Assembly (NCBI RefSeq): GCF_006345805.1
Contig: NC_043009.1
Coordinates: 57,970,001 to 58,034,000, forward strand
Origin: Octopus sinensis
Lineage: Eukaryota
Reading direction: 5' to 3'
Length of the DNA: 64,000 bases
The first letter of the stretch is position 1. Each line of letters begins with the position of its first letter. A model generated the notes under the pieces. That model searched no databases and was not told where the DNA came from. It saw only the letters and a list, made by a program, of their open reading frames with translations. Shown here in pieces: positions 24,601 through 38,327 of the stretch. The translations under genes were made by a program, and so were the position numbers.

Positions 24601-25078
24601 CTTGTCACGATTTTAACAATAAATATATTGATAAAAATAATAAGCGGAAAATATATAAATAATAAATAATGACACAGTGTTCGTAGTAATGTGGGTAGAT
24701 AAAAATTCATTTCAAAATAAAGATTAGGTTGAAGCCAGAAAATTTAATGAGAAAATAAATTAAGTCAGGCGAAATTATAAGACAAGTGAAAACAAAAATA
24801 AGATAAAATAATACGTAATTACAATGTGATGGTATGTTACAAACACAGAAGTGTTAATTGCTAAGCAGAAGTAGATACTTACAAAAGAAAGATAGAAGTT
24901 AGCAATAAAAAAATGGAACAACGAGAGATTCTTGAGGGAGACCCGTGAGAATAAAACTATCAGCTAATATAGCCGTGGAGTTCACACTTACCGCAGTTTC
25001 TCAAAAAATATACATATATACATACAAAAATACATGCATACATACACGCAAATAACTTTGTATGTATGTTTGAATTTA

Positions 25079-25123
<45 letters not shown>

Positions 25124-25329
25124 GTGAGAAAGTTGGTAACGAAGACATGACACGATGTAGGTAAAGACGTTTGAGAAATTTGAAAAGTTAACACGAAACC
25201 GGTAATTTCTCCAAAAACTATGTTACTATATGCAAAATTTAATAACATTTTTTTGTAACATAACGACTTAAATATATTCTTTAACCTTATAAAAGAAGCA
25301 TTCTGTAGTTTTTTCACTCTTTTCTATTT

Positions 25330-25383
<54 letters not shown>

Positions 25384-25462
25384 CTGTATATGTATTTATG
25401 TATGTATGTATCTATCTGTATATATATATATATAGATATATATATATATATATATATGTATG

Positions 25463-25496
<34 letters not shown>

Positions 25497-25686
25497 ATAT
25501 ATATATATATATAAAATTTATAAGTAAGGGCAAAAGAAAACATTTCTAATGCCCAAATATGCCGAAAATAGAGACGACATCAATAACCATTATAATTCAT
25601 CACTACAAGCAAATGTTTCAAAGAAAGCCGACAGAAATTTCTTAAAAAATCTCGTTATTACCATATCGGACCCGATTTCGGACTCT

Positions 25687-26159
25687 GATTCTAGGATCAA
25701 AATTATGGGTGACAATTTCATATGACACCGCTAGAACAAACTGCCGTTTTCTCTAGCGGTGTCATATGAAATTGTCACCCATAATTATGACCCTAGAATC
25801 GATCTATTGCATTTCAATCTATTTTAGATTTAGGGTTATTTAAGGTTAGGGTTCGGGTTAAGGGTGGGGAAGGGTATCTTTCTTTCGTCACAAATGTAAA
25901 TAAACCCAACCTGTGTCTTAAACCAGGGACATATTCATACGTCACAGAATGCTTTTTAACTGAATAGACGCCAGTGATTGGTTGAAATTGCCGAAATGCA
26001 AGAAATTAAAGACGAAATATGTTACCAACCACAGAATTTTCTCACGAAAGCCAAGAGAAAATGATGTTTTATAAACACATTCTACCAGTATACAAAGTTT
26101 AAAGTTTTTTAGTTACCAAGAAATTATGTTAAAAACTGCCGCTTAAACCGAAAAGATCC
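25687..26159. mobile_element. Non-autonomous DNA-element-like repeat with a 49-bp fold-back and TTAGGG-like tract
   Basis: Arms 25687-25735 and 25752-25800 (47/49); aaactgccg at 25738 and near the right end (26133); ttagggtt..ttagggtt.gggtt at 25830-25865. Confidence 0.55.
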
Positions 26160-27004
26160 GAAAATAATTCTTATTAGATATCATAATAAAACATAAAATA
26201 AAAAATATACTGTACACACGTCTTGTTAACGTAATATACAGCTGTCGCGTATGTAAATAGGCTGAATTTCGTTATAGTCATGTGGTTAATAGTTAAAATA
26301 ACTATGATTTATGTTCAAATTATAAAGATATAAAAAAATATTATTTAATTATTAATACTAGAGGTTATAACTAGGTTACTTGCTATATGATTCTTAAGTG
26401 ATAAAAAAATCTTTGCTGACATTTCGTACTCTCACAAGTAATAATGCGAATTAGGAATAAATGTTTTTAATTATAATTAACTGCATCAAAATATCGTTTA
26501 GGCAACCTAACGGCTCCTTCTGTTTTCAACACATTAACACACGCATGCGCACAATTAAAATAAAACAAATTTGCATATACACAAATAACAGTCTTTTTAA
26601 TGTTTTAAATACATTAGAACATACAAGTGCACATATATCTGAATTCAACGCTAAGTCTATCAAGGATATATCAAGATTGGGATGTAGTGTTGCTTTTTCT
26701 ATCAAGTTCTGACCCTAACAAAAAGGTTCAGTTAATTCTATATGAATTTTACATTTAATGTTTCTAATTTGAATTAATTGAATTGGCTTGGAAACAATTG
26801 TAGCTTCTTTGAGTTTGATATTGTTCGGAATTGAATTTGCTTCCAAAAATGGATGTCTATATCTCAATTTCTTCCTTTTCTTCTTTTTTCTTATACATAA
26901 ACGGTAATATGCTCATATCCATCAATGTGAAGCTAACAGGATTTAGTATTTCATTGATACACTGGACAAAACTGGGGAACTTGGATGAAATCAAATATCT
27001 TTTG

Positions 27005-27329
27005 AGCGCATCTTGTAACCGAAGCCTTCACACTAAGAACAACACACCAGTTGTTCGACATGTTCCCTATTCTTCCGACTTGACTCTTCCGACATTGAAA
27101 ATCGGGCGGAAAGGCTGAAGGAAATTATGAGAAAAATGATGGCGGAGCTCCATAGCATTCTAGAACAGACATTCCAGAGGAGTTACCAGCAGTGGCAGAA
27201 CCATTGCGAGAAGTGTATGAACTCCTAAGAGAAGTGTTTTGAAGAGGATTAAATAGAATTTATAAAATGTAAAAAATCGTTTTTGCTTTTCATGCTCAAA
27301 TTTCGGATAATTTTTGAACGCAACTCGTA
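27005..27329 (+). mobile_element. mariner transposase 3' fragment and right TIR
   Basis: KNNTPVVRHVPYSSDLT (YSPDLAP-like), then AELHSILEQTFQRSYQQWQNHCEKCMNS*EKCFEED*, ending ...ttgaacgcaactcg-TA. Confidence 0.75.
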
Positions 27330-27439
27330 AACTTTAGCATCATTAAATTGTTTTTGAGTAAAAAATCAGAAAGGAGACCATCTGCAGCCAATCGGACACA
27401 GCAGTTGGTCTTACTCTTATTATTACCGTCAACGTCATC

Positions 27440-27942
27440 GACGTCTTCATTATAAACACCATCATTACCATCACCATCGCCTCTACCACCGCAATCTTCA
27501 TCATCATCACCATCATCATCGTCCTCATCCACATCATCATCATCACCATCATCATCGTCATCATCATAATCATAATCATCATCGTCGTCGTCGTCGTCAT
27601 GATAATCATCATCATCATCATCATCTGCAGCATCAGCATCGTCATCATTGTCATGATGAGCGTCGTCATCGACACCACCATCACCAACAACAACAACAAT
27701 AACAACAACACCAACAACATTATCATCATCATCATTATCGTCATCATCATCTTTCATCATCCTTCATCATCATCATGTTTCATCATCATCATTAGCAGCA
27801 GCATCCTCATCCTTCATCATTATCATCATCATCATCATCATCATCCTTCATCATCATCAACCTGCACCATCATCATCATCATCCTCATCCTGCATCACCA
27901 TCATCAGCCTTCATCATCATGATCCTCATCATCATCAACCTG

Positions 27943-27978
<36 letters not shown>

Positions 27979-28380
27979 TCATCATCATCAACCTACATCA
28001 TCATCATCATCCTTCATCATGATCATCATCATCATCCTCACCCTTATCATTATCATCATCATCATCATCGTTCATCATCATCATCATCATCATCGTCATC
28101 ATCATCATCATCCTTCATCATCATCCTACTCCTCATCATCATCATCATCATCGTCATCGTCCTTCATAATCATAATCATAGTCCTTGTCGTTGTCATTAA
28201 CCATCATCATAGTCATCACCATCTTCCGCATCATCATCAGTAGCAACAGGAACAGCAGCAACAGCCGCAGTAGTAACAGCAGCATCAGCAGCATCACCAT
28301 CAGTGTCATCATCACCATCATCATCATTGCCATCATCACCATCATCACCATCGTCATCATCGTCATCATCATCATCATCC

Positions 28381-28413
<33 letters not shown>

Positions 28414-28530
28414 CCATCACCATCTCCATCATCATCACCGCCATCATCATCACCATCTTCATTATCATCATCATTATCACCATCACCATCATCGTCGTCA
28501 CCATTACCGTCACCATCGTCATCGTCGCTA
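27440..28530. repeat. Long degenerate (CAT)n low-complexity tract
   Basis: Direct reading. Confidence 0.95.
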
Positions 28531-28759
28531 TGGCTTATGTTACTCAAATGCGGCTGTTGCTAGTGTTGTTGCTGTTGTTGCTGTTGCTGTTCTTGTTACG
28601 TATGGAGAGATTACGAAAAACTCAATGCCTAATTCCCAATAAACTGTCAGGAAATTTAAGCTGGCAGCGAATATGGTTTTACAATATTGACGTCATTTAG
28701 CGAGCGTCTGTTCTGCACTTAGATCTTATGCTCTTATCATGATGCAATAACTACGATAA

Positions 28760-28881
28760 CTGCAGCAGCAGCAGCGGCAACAGCACTTACACCACCACTA
28801 AAACAACGTCACCACTATCATCTACGCAACCACAACAGCATCATGAACGAAAACCACAGCAATAACAACAGCAGCAGCAGC

Positions 28882-28922
<41 letters not shown>

Positions 28923-29057
28923 CGAAAGCAACAATAATAACAAGCAGGATTATATGAGTATCAGTAGTAAGGATCTGAAAAAATAGGATAATTTATAATA
29001 ACGTATGTTCTGATGATAAAAACAACAAAAAAAAAACAACAGTATTGACGATAGTGA

Positions 29058-29088
<31 letters not shown>

Positions 29089-29424
29089 GATGATGATGAT
29101 GATGATGATGGTGATGATGATAATGACCAAGTAAATGTTAGTGATTGATGATTATGATGAAGATAATGACGATGACGACGGTGGTGGTGGTGGTGGTGAT
29201 GATGATGGTGATGATGATTATGATGATGGTCATGATGATGAGAATGGTGGGAGAGATGATTGTGATGATGTTGATGATGATGATGAGGATGATGAAGGAT
29301 GATGATGATGATAACAATAGCCCTTTCTGATAAATGTACAAGGCCTGAAATTTTCGGGGAGGGGACTAGTCGATTACATCAACCCTAATACTGTCCTGGA
29401 CAGTATTGACGGTGATGGTGATGG

Positions 29425-29480
<56 letters not shown>
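28760..29480. repeat. (CAG/CAA)n and (GAT)n tracts with a SINE tail fragment at 29335-29395
   Basis: Direct reading. Confidence 0.85.
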
Positions 29481-29482
<2 letters not shown>

Positions 29483-29587
29483 GAGTGACGTACTGATGAT
29501 TCAGCTAGACGAAATATCAGGCAGTAACTTCCATGCTCCCTGATCTTAACTGATTTGAGATGTTAACGTACATTTTTCTTCTTGATG

Positions 29588-29822
29588 TAAAAGATGTACT
29601 ACAGTCAGTTGTTTGATCTCAACAAATCGAGTGTCTCTCTAGGAGAATAATGATAAGTGCATATCTGATCACGAGTAGGAGTAGTTGGGAAGCATCATAG
29701 CCATGAGCTGTGAGGCATTTTTTGTGAGTTTGAATAACTGACTCTTGAAACTGGGTAATTCAATCATCATCCTTAAATTACTGTTATTGAGGGTCCCTTT
29801 GAGCGGGATAAGTAACTCGACC
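29588..29822 (+). mobile_element. Decayed copy of a LINE-3'-end-like interspersed repeat
   Basis: Homologous to 42612-42933 (taaaagatg..ctaca, gtcagttgtttga, tgcat.tctgat.a.gag.ag.agtag, ctcgacc). Confidence 0.55.
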
Positions 29823-29845
29823 TAATTATAACGGGAATACTAATA

Positions 29846-30078
29846 ATGAACCCGACCGCTCTCAAAAATTAAATAAAACAACGGGAAAATAATCCAGAAT
29901 CCTTGTCCAGCACCGGATCTGTCGCAAAATCTTATCAGTTCGTGCCAGTCATGAGACCAAACATCCCTGAAGGTTTCCTCCGAATCCATGAAGCGGTTCT
30001 TGAGATATCTTGTCCACGGGCAAGCAAACAAACATGACTGAAAACAATACCTCCGCCTTCACTAAGGCGGAGGTAATA
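29846..30078 (-). mobile_element. Helentron/DINE-like non-autonomous element (tentative)
   Basis: Terminal perfect 12-bp hairpin tacctccgcctt-cact-aaggcggaggta (30048-30075) next to a (GTTT)-like short repeat; non-coding body. Confidence 0.45.
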
Positions 30079-30091
30079 ATAATAAATGATG

Positions 30092-30472
30092 AAGGAAATC
30101 AAGATTATAGATGCTGCCTTACCTGTGGATGTATGACTTGGTGACATAAAACTGGAAACCTTTGATAAATAACCCTGAAAAATGAGATTATACGAATGTT
30201 GAAGATGAAAAAAGCAACTGTTATCACTTTATGTGTAGTGACACTGGGAACATTAACATCCAGGTTTGAGGAATTTGCTGGAGAAACTGGGAGGAGCTTG
30301 TGGTTAGAATATAATCAGAAGACTACAGTATTGTGGATAGTAAAGAGTTTGAGATTCGTGCTTGCGTGCTAAGTACCACGGAGGAGGCACCTGCAAGATA
30401 CTGTCTGCTCTTACAGAATTACCCGGAGAAAGTGATGTCACGAGATCTGAGAAGAGAAAGGACAATAATAAT
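30092..30472 (+). mobile_element. Third Dong-type LINE 3' fragment with 3' UTR and short AAT tail
   Basis: EIKIIDAALPVDV*LGDIKLETFDK, EIIRMLKMKKATVI, LGTLTSRFEEF, LEYNQKTTVLWIVKSLRFVLAC* across frameshifts. Confidence 0.6.
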
Positions 30473-31072
30473 CCCTTCTACTGTAAACGAGGGGCCTGAA
30501 ATTTTAGGAGACGGTGAAAGAAGACTTCCATTTCTTCGTGAGAGACTCTAAGTAATGTTAAAGCGGTTTTGCTTTGTGTTTGAAGCTCCGATTAATATAT
30601 CAACAAAATAAATATTTATTGTGTACGGAAATAGAGCAGATTTTATTAAACGTATCCAAAACCACCCCATTGCTACCCTGCCTTTGATATATTTCCCGTA
30701 CTACTCATTCTAATCATGAATCCATTTCGATATCAAAGAAACATTGCTAAAGGGTTGAGCATTTGGATCGGAAATTGTTTTGGCTGTAGTGATAATCAAA
30801 AGAGATGTATTTGATCTAGGGAGGATAGTACAATAGATTCCTTGATGATCTGTTGTTGATCATCATCCAATTCCACAGGGAAAGTCCAATGAAGAGATAG
30901 CAAAGAAAAACAACGGTGAAAGGCACATAGGGAGCCAGAGATATAAAATTATTATCATAATTTCTCCTTTATTTGATAGAGATATCGTAACGAATATTAT
31001 TACCAAGCTCACTAGAAAGTACACTACAGTACAGGAAGTAGGCTGGCTGATGGTATCTGCCATGGAGTTATG

Positions 31073-31106
<34 letters not shown>

Positions 31107-32501
31107 TATATGTATGTATGTATGAATTATTGTACTACGTACCTGTGTATGTACGTACGTATGTATCCAAATATCTATCTATCTATCTATCTATCTCTCT
31201 ATCTATCAATGTATCTATTTATTTCTTACTATACATATATATATATATATATTATATGTGCATATATATAGATATACATAATGGGATTCTGAATAGATGT
31301 AGTAAGTATCATATCTAATATTTGATGGCTCGGTCGGGTATAATATCTTTCAATGTTCATCGAGTTGAGGGTGGTTCTGTCTCTAAAACTACTTTTATAT
31401 ATATGAATAACATAATGAGAGAAGTTCACTTTAGTACCTTTAATCTGAACGTGGGTAGATATAGAGACAGAGAGGTTGATTCGATTCTTAAATTTTAATA
31501 CTATCATGTTCTTAAGAATCGAATCAACCTCTCTGTCTGTATATCTACCCTCTTTATAATCTTGGCAAACGAAATGGAAATAAGAATATGTATTGTCCGT
31601 TTGATGCTCAACATTTTAAAACTGATGTAATACTTACAATGTTTAATAAAATGAAGTAGCATGAAACGATTGCACCAAATTACCTAAGATATACTTGTTG
31701 CTTATTTTAATTATAATCACCCCATGGATTTATATGGATAATACCATACAAAATTCTGGTGCCTCTGGCTTAAGTACCATATTCATCTGAAACTAAATTT
31801 TGCTGAACTTATATATATATATATATATATTTGTATATCATACCTACGCATAGAGGCATATAGTATCCACCCATTTTGCATATACTTATATATAGTTATA
31901 AATGATATTTTATGTGCTATCTAAGCGCGACAAATATGCAGATACAACAGTAGACAATATATCATATGGTATCGAATGGCATATTGTAAATTCATCGAAA
32001 CGTCAACACGGAGAGATAGATCGAAACGTCATTTTACGTAAACAAGAAGTACTTGAAAATTTCAGTGCAAGTCGAAATCATTTAAAAACAAAAAAAAAAA
32101 CACAAAAATATTTGTGTTCTAATCATAAAGCAATACGAATTTATTCTGCTTATAATTATTTTTACAATTGTAAATGATATCGTCTCTATGTAATATCCTG
32201 TCTCTATAGTATATTACATTACAATTACGGGCATATAAACAGATAAATATACATATGCAAATGATTGTCTCTAAAGCTGCTTATATATGTTAATAACATT
32301 AATAATATATTTATTTTGTTATAAATTGAAAATATATTGAATATATTCAGTAGATTATACCTTGCTTGGTTATTTTTATTAATCTTTCTAATTTATTTTG
32401 GTTTCTACTAAGTATTCTTGGATAACATTAGCAGCCAGTTACATGCATATACATTTGTGTATATCAAACTGTGTAATATCAATTTAGAAAAAGTAAGGTG
32501 A

Positions 32502-33655
32502 GCGAAGCTGGCAGAATCGTTTGTTTCTACGCCGGTCAAAGTGCTCAACGGCACTTCGTCCGTGGTTGACTTTGCGTTCCATCTCTTCGGGGGTCAATGG
32601 AATAAGTACCAGTTTATCACTGGGATCGATGTGCTAAAATATGAAGCTAATATCGAATTACGCATTTAAGCGGCGAATCTGGCAGAATCGTTTGTATGCC
32701 GGTCAAAGTGATCAACGGCACTTCGTCCGTGGTTGACTTTGCGTTCCATCTCTTCCGGGTCAATGAAATAAGTACCAGTTTATCACTGGGATCGATGTGC
32801 TAAAATATGAGCTAATATCGATTTACGCATTTAGGCGGCGAGTTGGCAGAAACGTTAGCACGCCGGGCGAAATGCTTAGCAGTATTTCGTCTGCCGTTAT
32901 GTTCTGAGTTCAAATTCCGCCGAGGTCGGCTTTGCCTTTCATCGTTTCGGGGTCGATAAATTAAGTACCATTTACGCACTGGGATCGATGTAATCAACTT
33001 AACCCCTTTGTCCTTGTTTGTCCACTCTATTTTTAGCCTCTTGTGGGTAGTAAAGAAATAGGTTTTTCGTCTGTCTTTACGTTCTGAGTTCAAATTCCGC
33101 CGGGGTAGACTTTGCCGTTCATCCTTTAGGGGTCGATAAATTAAGTACCAGTTACGCACTGGAGTGGATGTAATCGACTTAATCCCTTTGTCTGTCCTTG
33201 TTTGTTCCCTCTATGTTTAGCCCCTTGTGGGCAATAAAGAAATAAGAATCGTTTATATGTCGGTCAAAGTGTTCACGGCACTTCGTCCGTGGTCGACATT
33301 GCGTTTCATCTCTTCGGAGTCAATAAAACAATTACCAGTTTATCACTGGGGTCGATGTAATCGATTTATCCTCCCTACCTAAATTGCTGCCATTGTGCTA
33401 AAATATGAAGCCGATATTGATTCACGCATTTGGTCGGCGAAGCTGGCAGAATCGATAGCAAGCCGGGCAAAATGCTGGACGGCATTACGTCAGCCTTTAT
33501 GTTCTGAGTTCGAATTCCGCCGATGTCGACATTGCGTTTCATCCTTCCTGGGGTCGATGAAATAAGTACCAGTTACGAAATTGGGTCCATGTAACTGACT
33601 AACTTCCCCTCCCCCACAATCTCAGGCCTGGTGTCTATGATACAAAAGATTAGCA
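32502..33655 (+). mobile_element. Head-to-tail array of ~6 SINE units (abundant family)
   Basis: Full unit starts at 32834; internally deleted units at 32503, 32679 and 33245. Confidence 0.9.
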
Positions 33656-34139
33656 TTATATATGGCTTCCCTGGCAAAGCTTGAAAACAAAAGTAACACT
33701 ACTACTACTACTACTACTACCATCACCACTACAACCATCACTACTAATACTATCACCACTGTTACTAGTACAACTATTACTATATTAGTCATCTGAACTT
33801 TGACGTGACTGCTACATTGAATTATATTGCGTTGTTATGTATCAATATAGTATCAAGTCTATATTATCATTGACAGTGTGAGGATCACACATTTGTTAAC
33901 TATTTCCTTGCTAAATATATCACTATACATACATATATACATACATACACAAGTGCACTCGCACACATGCACACACCTATCAACACAAATACACGTATAT
34001 ATACACATACATATAGAGATCCGTAAATGATCGGCAGATTGTATGCACAATCGATGAGTGGTTATGCATGCCCATACATATATGTTTGATGGCTTCGCAT
34101 GTATGACTCTGTTGATGGTTGCAAGACAATACATTTAGC

Positions 34140-34162
34140 TGCGTGTATAGATCCATAAATGA

Positions 34163-34229
<67 letters not shown>

Positions 34230-34242
34230 CATGTATGTCTCA

Positions 34243-34276
<34 letters not shown>

Positions 34277-34281
34277 GTATC

Positions 34282-34365
<84 letters not shown>

Positions 34366-34440
34366 ACGTATGTATGTGTATATATATGTATGTGTATATA
34401 TATGTTTGTGTATATATATATATATATAATAACATACATA
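34140..34440. repeat. (TATC)n and (TA)n microsatellites
   Basis: Direct reading. Confidence 0.95.
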
Positions 34441-35009
34441 TATGTGTGTATAAAATGTAGTGATGATAGGTGTGCGCCTGTATATACATGTGTGTGTGTG
34501 TCTGGGCGTGTGTGTGAAAATATGTATTTGCAAAGACTTCCATAAATCTTTTTATATTGTAGATATTTGATGTCTCATAATTTCGTATCTTTCTTTATTC
34601 CTGTACTAAATCTAAATTTTTTGATGATTAAACTGACTAGCAGGCCTGTCGTGTGAGTAGGAGACTGAGATGTTATCTGGACAGTTTTCTATGATTTATA
34701 ATGCTGAATCTTCCAACGGTTGATTTCGAAACCTATAATTCTTACCCGTTATTGTTTTATTTTTGTATTACTTTTTCTTATTTGCTGCTTTCCTTTTCCC
34801 TTTCCCCACCGCCTTCGTTTTACATCCTACATTAAGATCGAATTTTGAATTTGGCAATACATATTTCAAAATATCATTGACAATAAGATTCACCGATACT
34901 GCACAATTGCAACTATGCAGTTCTAAGAATTATACATGTTACGCGGCTTCGTGAAACAGCTGTTAGATAAGATTTTGAAATACAGTTCTATATCTAAGAG
35001 ATGAGGAAT

Positions 35010-35173
35010 TATTTACATTATTTACATTATTTACATTACTTACATTTGACGTATATTTGTTCTCATCTTGTTTGTTGTTAACACAATATTTCGGCTGATA
35101 TACCCTCCAGCCTTCATCAGGTGTCTTGGGAAATTTCGAACCTGGGTTCTCATTCCTTAGATAGTTTTTGATG

Positions 35174-35240
<67 letters not shown>

Positions 35241-35250
35241 GTTCACTGGC
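35010..35250 (-). mobile_element. Head-truncated copy of the tRNA-(AAT)n-hammerhead element
   Basis: Reverse complement of 35440-35590; hammerhead-like motif at 35080-35125. Confidence 0.7.
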
Positions 35251-35252
35251 AC

Positions 35253-35360
35253 TTGGCATAAAGGTTAAAAACGCGGACTACTAACCGCAAGATTCCGAGT
35301 TCGATTTCAGGCAGTGACCTGAATAATGACAAGAACAAGAACAATAACAATAACAATAAC

Positions 35361-35422
<62 letters not shown>

Positions 35423-35592
35423 TAACAACAAAAACATAAAAAAATACCTAAGGAATGAGAATCCAGGTTCGACATTTTCCCAAGTCACCTGATGAAGGCT
35501 GGAAGGTATATCAAGCGAAACATTGTGTTAACAACAAACAAGATGAGAACAACTATCCGTCAAATGTAAATAATGTTAATAATGTAAATAGT
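35253..35592 (+). mobile_element. tRNA-headed element: A/B boxes, (AAT)n linker, tail with hammerhead-like motif and (AATGTAAAT)n end
   Basis: A box tggcataaagg 35254-35264, B box gagttcgatttc 35297-35308; GUCAC-CUGAUGA-AGGCUG...CAAGC-GAAA-CAUU-GUGUU at 35484-35529. Confidence 0.65.
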
Positions 35593-35948
35593 GTTACAAA
35601 ACTTTGAGATATCATTAATGTTGTATTTCTGCCTCTCTGCTGTGATGCAAATGTGCATACACACGTACATACAACTATACATACATGCAGACATACATAC
35701 AAATACATGTGTGATTGTGTGTGTGTGTATTTGTGTGTGTGTATGCGTGTGAGCGTGTGTGTCTGTCTGATTATGTAGACTTCGATGCACGATTAGTACT
35801 GCATAACCCAGAACTCCATGCAAGTTATCATTAACCAGTGACTTTCCAGTGTATTGGTGTATCTATCGTTGTATATGGTAGTGTTACCACTTATGATATA
35901 CAGACCATATATATATATGTATATCTATCTACCTATCTATCTATCTAC

Positions 35949-35993
<45 letters not shown>

Positions 35994-36027
35994 ATATATA
36001 TATATAATATATATATATATAGATATA

Positions 36028-36045
<18 letters not shown>

Positions 36046-36059
<14 letters not shown>

Positions 36060-36354
36060 GGGACATAATTAAGACAAACAGAAATTGGAGTATCAGGCCG
36101 TACGTATGTATTTCACTATTCCAGTCGGCTCTAACTTAATATTGGATGCTTCAATGCACTTGAAAGCACCAATGATGTGTTCCAAATAACTGCAATGGTG
36201 AAGCGCATAAGAATACAACCAAAGTATTCTTGCGTTTCTCTCAGTTTCCCTATGTATGTGGTGTGGCGAGTGCGTCCGTGTGTAATTATAAACATATCTA
36301 TGCGTCCGTGTTTATATGTGAATATATATATATATAATATATATATATATTATA

Positions 36355-36386
<32 letters not shown>

Positions 36387-36647
36387 GGGACATAATTAAG
36401 ACAAACAGAAATATGGAGTATCAGGCCGTACGTATGTATTTCACTATTCCAGTCGGCTCTAACTTAATATTGGATGCTTCAATGCACTTGAAAGCACCAA
36501 TGATGTGTTCCAAATAACTGCAATGGTGAAGCGCATAAGAATACAACCAAAGTATTCTTGCGTTTCTCTCAGTTTCCCTATGTATGTGGTGTGTGCGAGT
36601 GCGTCCGTGTGTAATTATAAACATATCTATGCGTCCGTGTTTATATG

Positions 36648-36657
<10 letters not shown>
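36046..36657. repeat. Tandem duplication, 327-bp period, bounded by (TA)n
   Basis: gggacataatt at 36060 and 36387; unique cores differ by two single-base indels. Confidence 0.9.
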
Positions 36658-36702
<45 letters not shown>

Positions 36703-36703
36703 T

Positions 36704-36752
<49 letters not shown>

Positions 36753-37029
36753 CTTACTGTATAAATACTTACTGTATGCGGATCAAAATTACTCTGGGCG
36801 GAAAAATAGCATCAATGTGACTACGGGTCAATATTCTCTGGTTCAGTGCAAGAGACATTCTCCTTTTTTTTTAGGTTTTTAATATTTTACTCAGAGCATG
36901 ATAAATGCATCTTTACATCTAGGAATAATCTTACCATTATGTAGACTTAAACAATAATTCACGGAAGCATAATTACATGACGCACTATGTAGCATAGGAA
37001 ATTATACATACATGTTTAAAAATAATCAC

Positions 37030-37530
<501 letters not shown>

Positions 37531-38034
37531 CATATACATGTGTGTGTGTGAGTGTGTGTGCATGTATGTAGGTGTATGCATATGCACAATTATATGTGAA
37601 CTTGTGCATGTGCGTCTGAGCGTGAAAGTTCGCTGTTTAGAGAAACTGCTCAATACATCTTTAACAGGTTTATGAAAAAAAGTGGTATATATTCTGTGAT
37701 TCGTGTTTTATATATTTGAGTTGTACTCACACGTAAAAGCATAGGACGATTTGCACTCAAACATACTGTTACCCACGCACACTCAGTCACAAAACATACA
37801 CGCACTCATTCAAACACACACTCTCTCTCTCACATACACACTCATGAATTTATTTGTAGTTACGTATCTATTGCTTCATTCCTATTTGTATAGGTGCGTG
37901 CAGACAACAAACTAGATATTTATATTTAGATATATAAAGTATGTAGATATTTATCAATAACACGATGTATGTAAGCATGTACGTATATGTATATATATAT
38001 ATATATTTATTTTTTTATTTTATTTTATTTTTAT

Positions 38035-38215
38035 TTTTTTTATTTAGTTTCAGCTCACAAGCTGTGGCCATGCTGGGGCACCGCCATTTGGTGTTGCTAC
38101 ATGATTTTACTTCAGGAATGCTTTTTAGCAAATGCCATCTGGTGCATGAGAGAGTTCGATGCAGCTGCCTTCATCTGCACCTCCTGCTGTGAAGTTGGTT
38201 CATCTGGGACACCGT
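38035..38215 (-). mobile_element. Short repeat sharing the 3' tail of the long CORE-type SINE
   Basis: Minus strand ends ggcggtgccccagcatggccacagc...tgaaactaaataaaaaa; upstream body differs from the SINE. Confidence 0.55.
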
Positions 38216-38284
38216 ATATATATATACGACACACGCGCACTGTCACACATTCACATACACACACACAGGTAAATACACACAGGT

Positions 38285-38327
<43 letters not shown>

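Noticed and set aside
30863-31063. 66-aa hydrophobic ORF resembling two TM segments
   Set aside because: AT-rich sequence gives hydrophobic translations by chance; no family motif.
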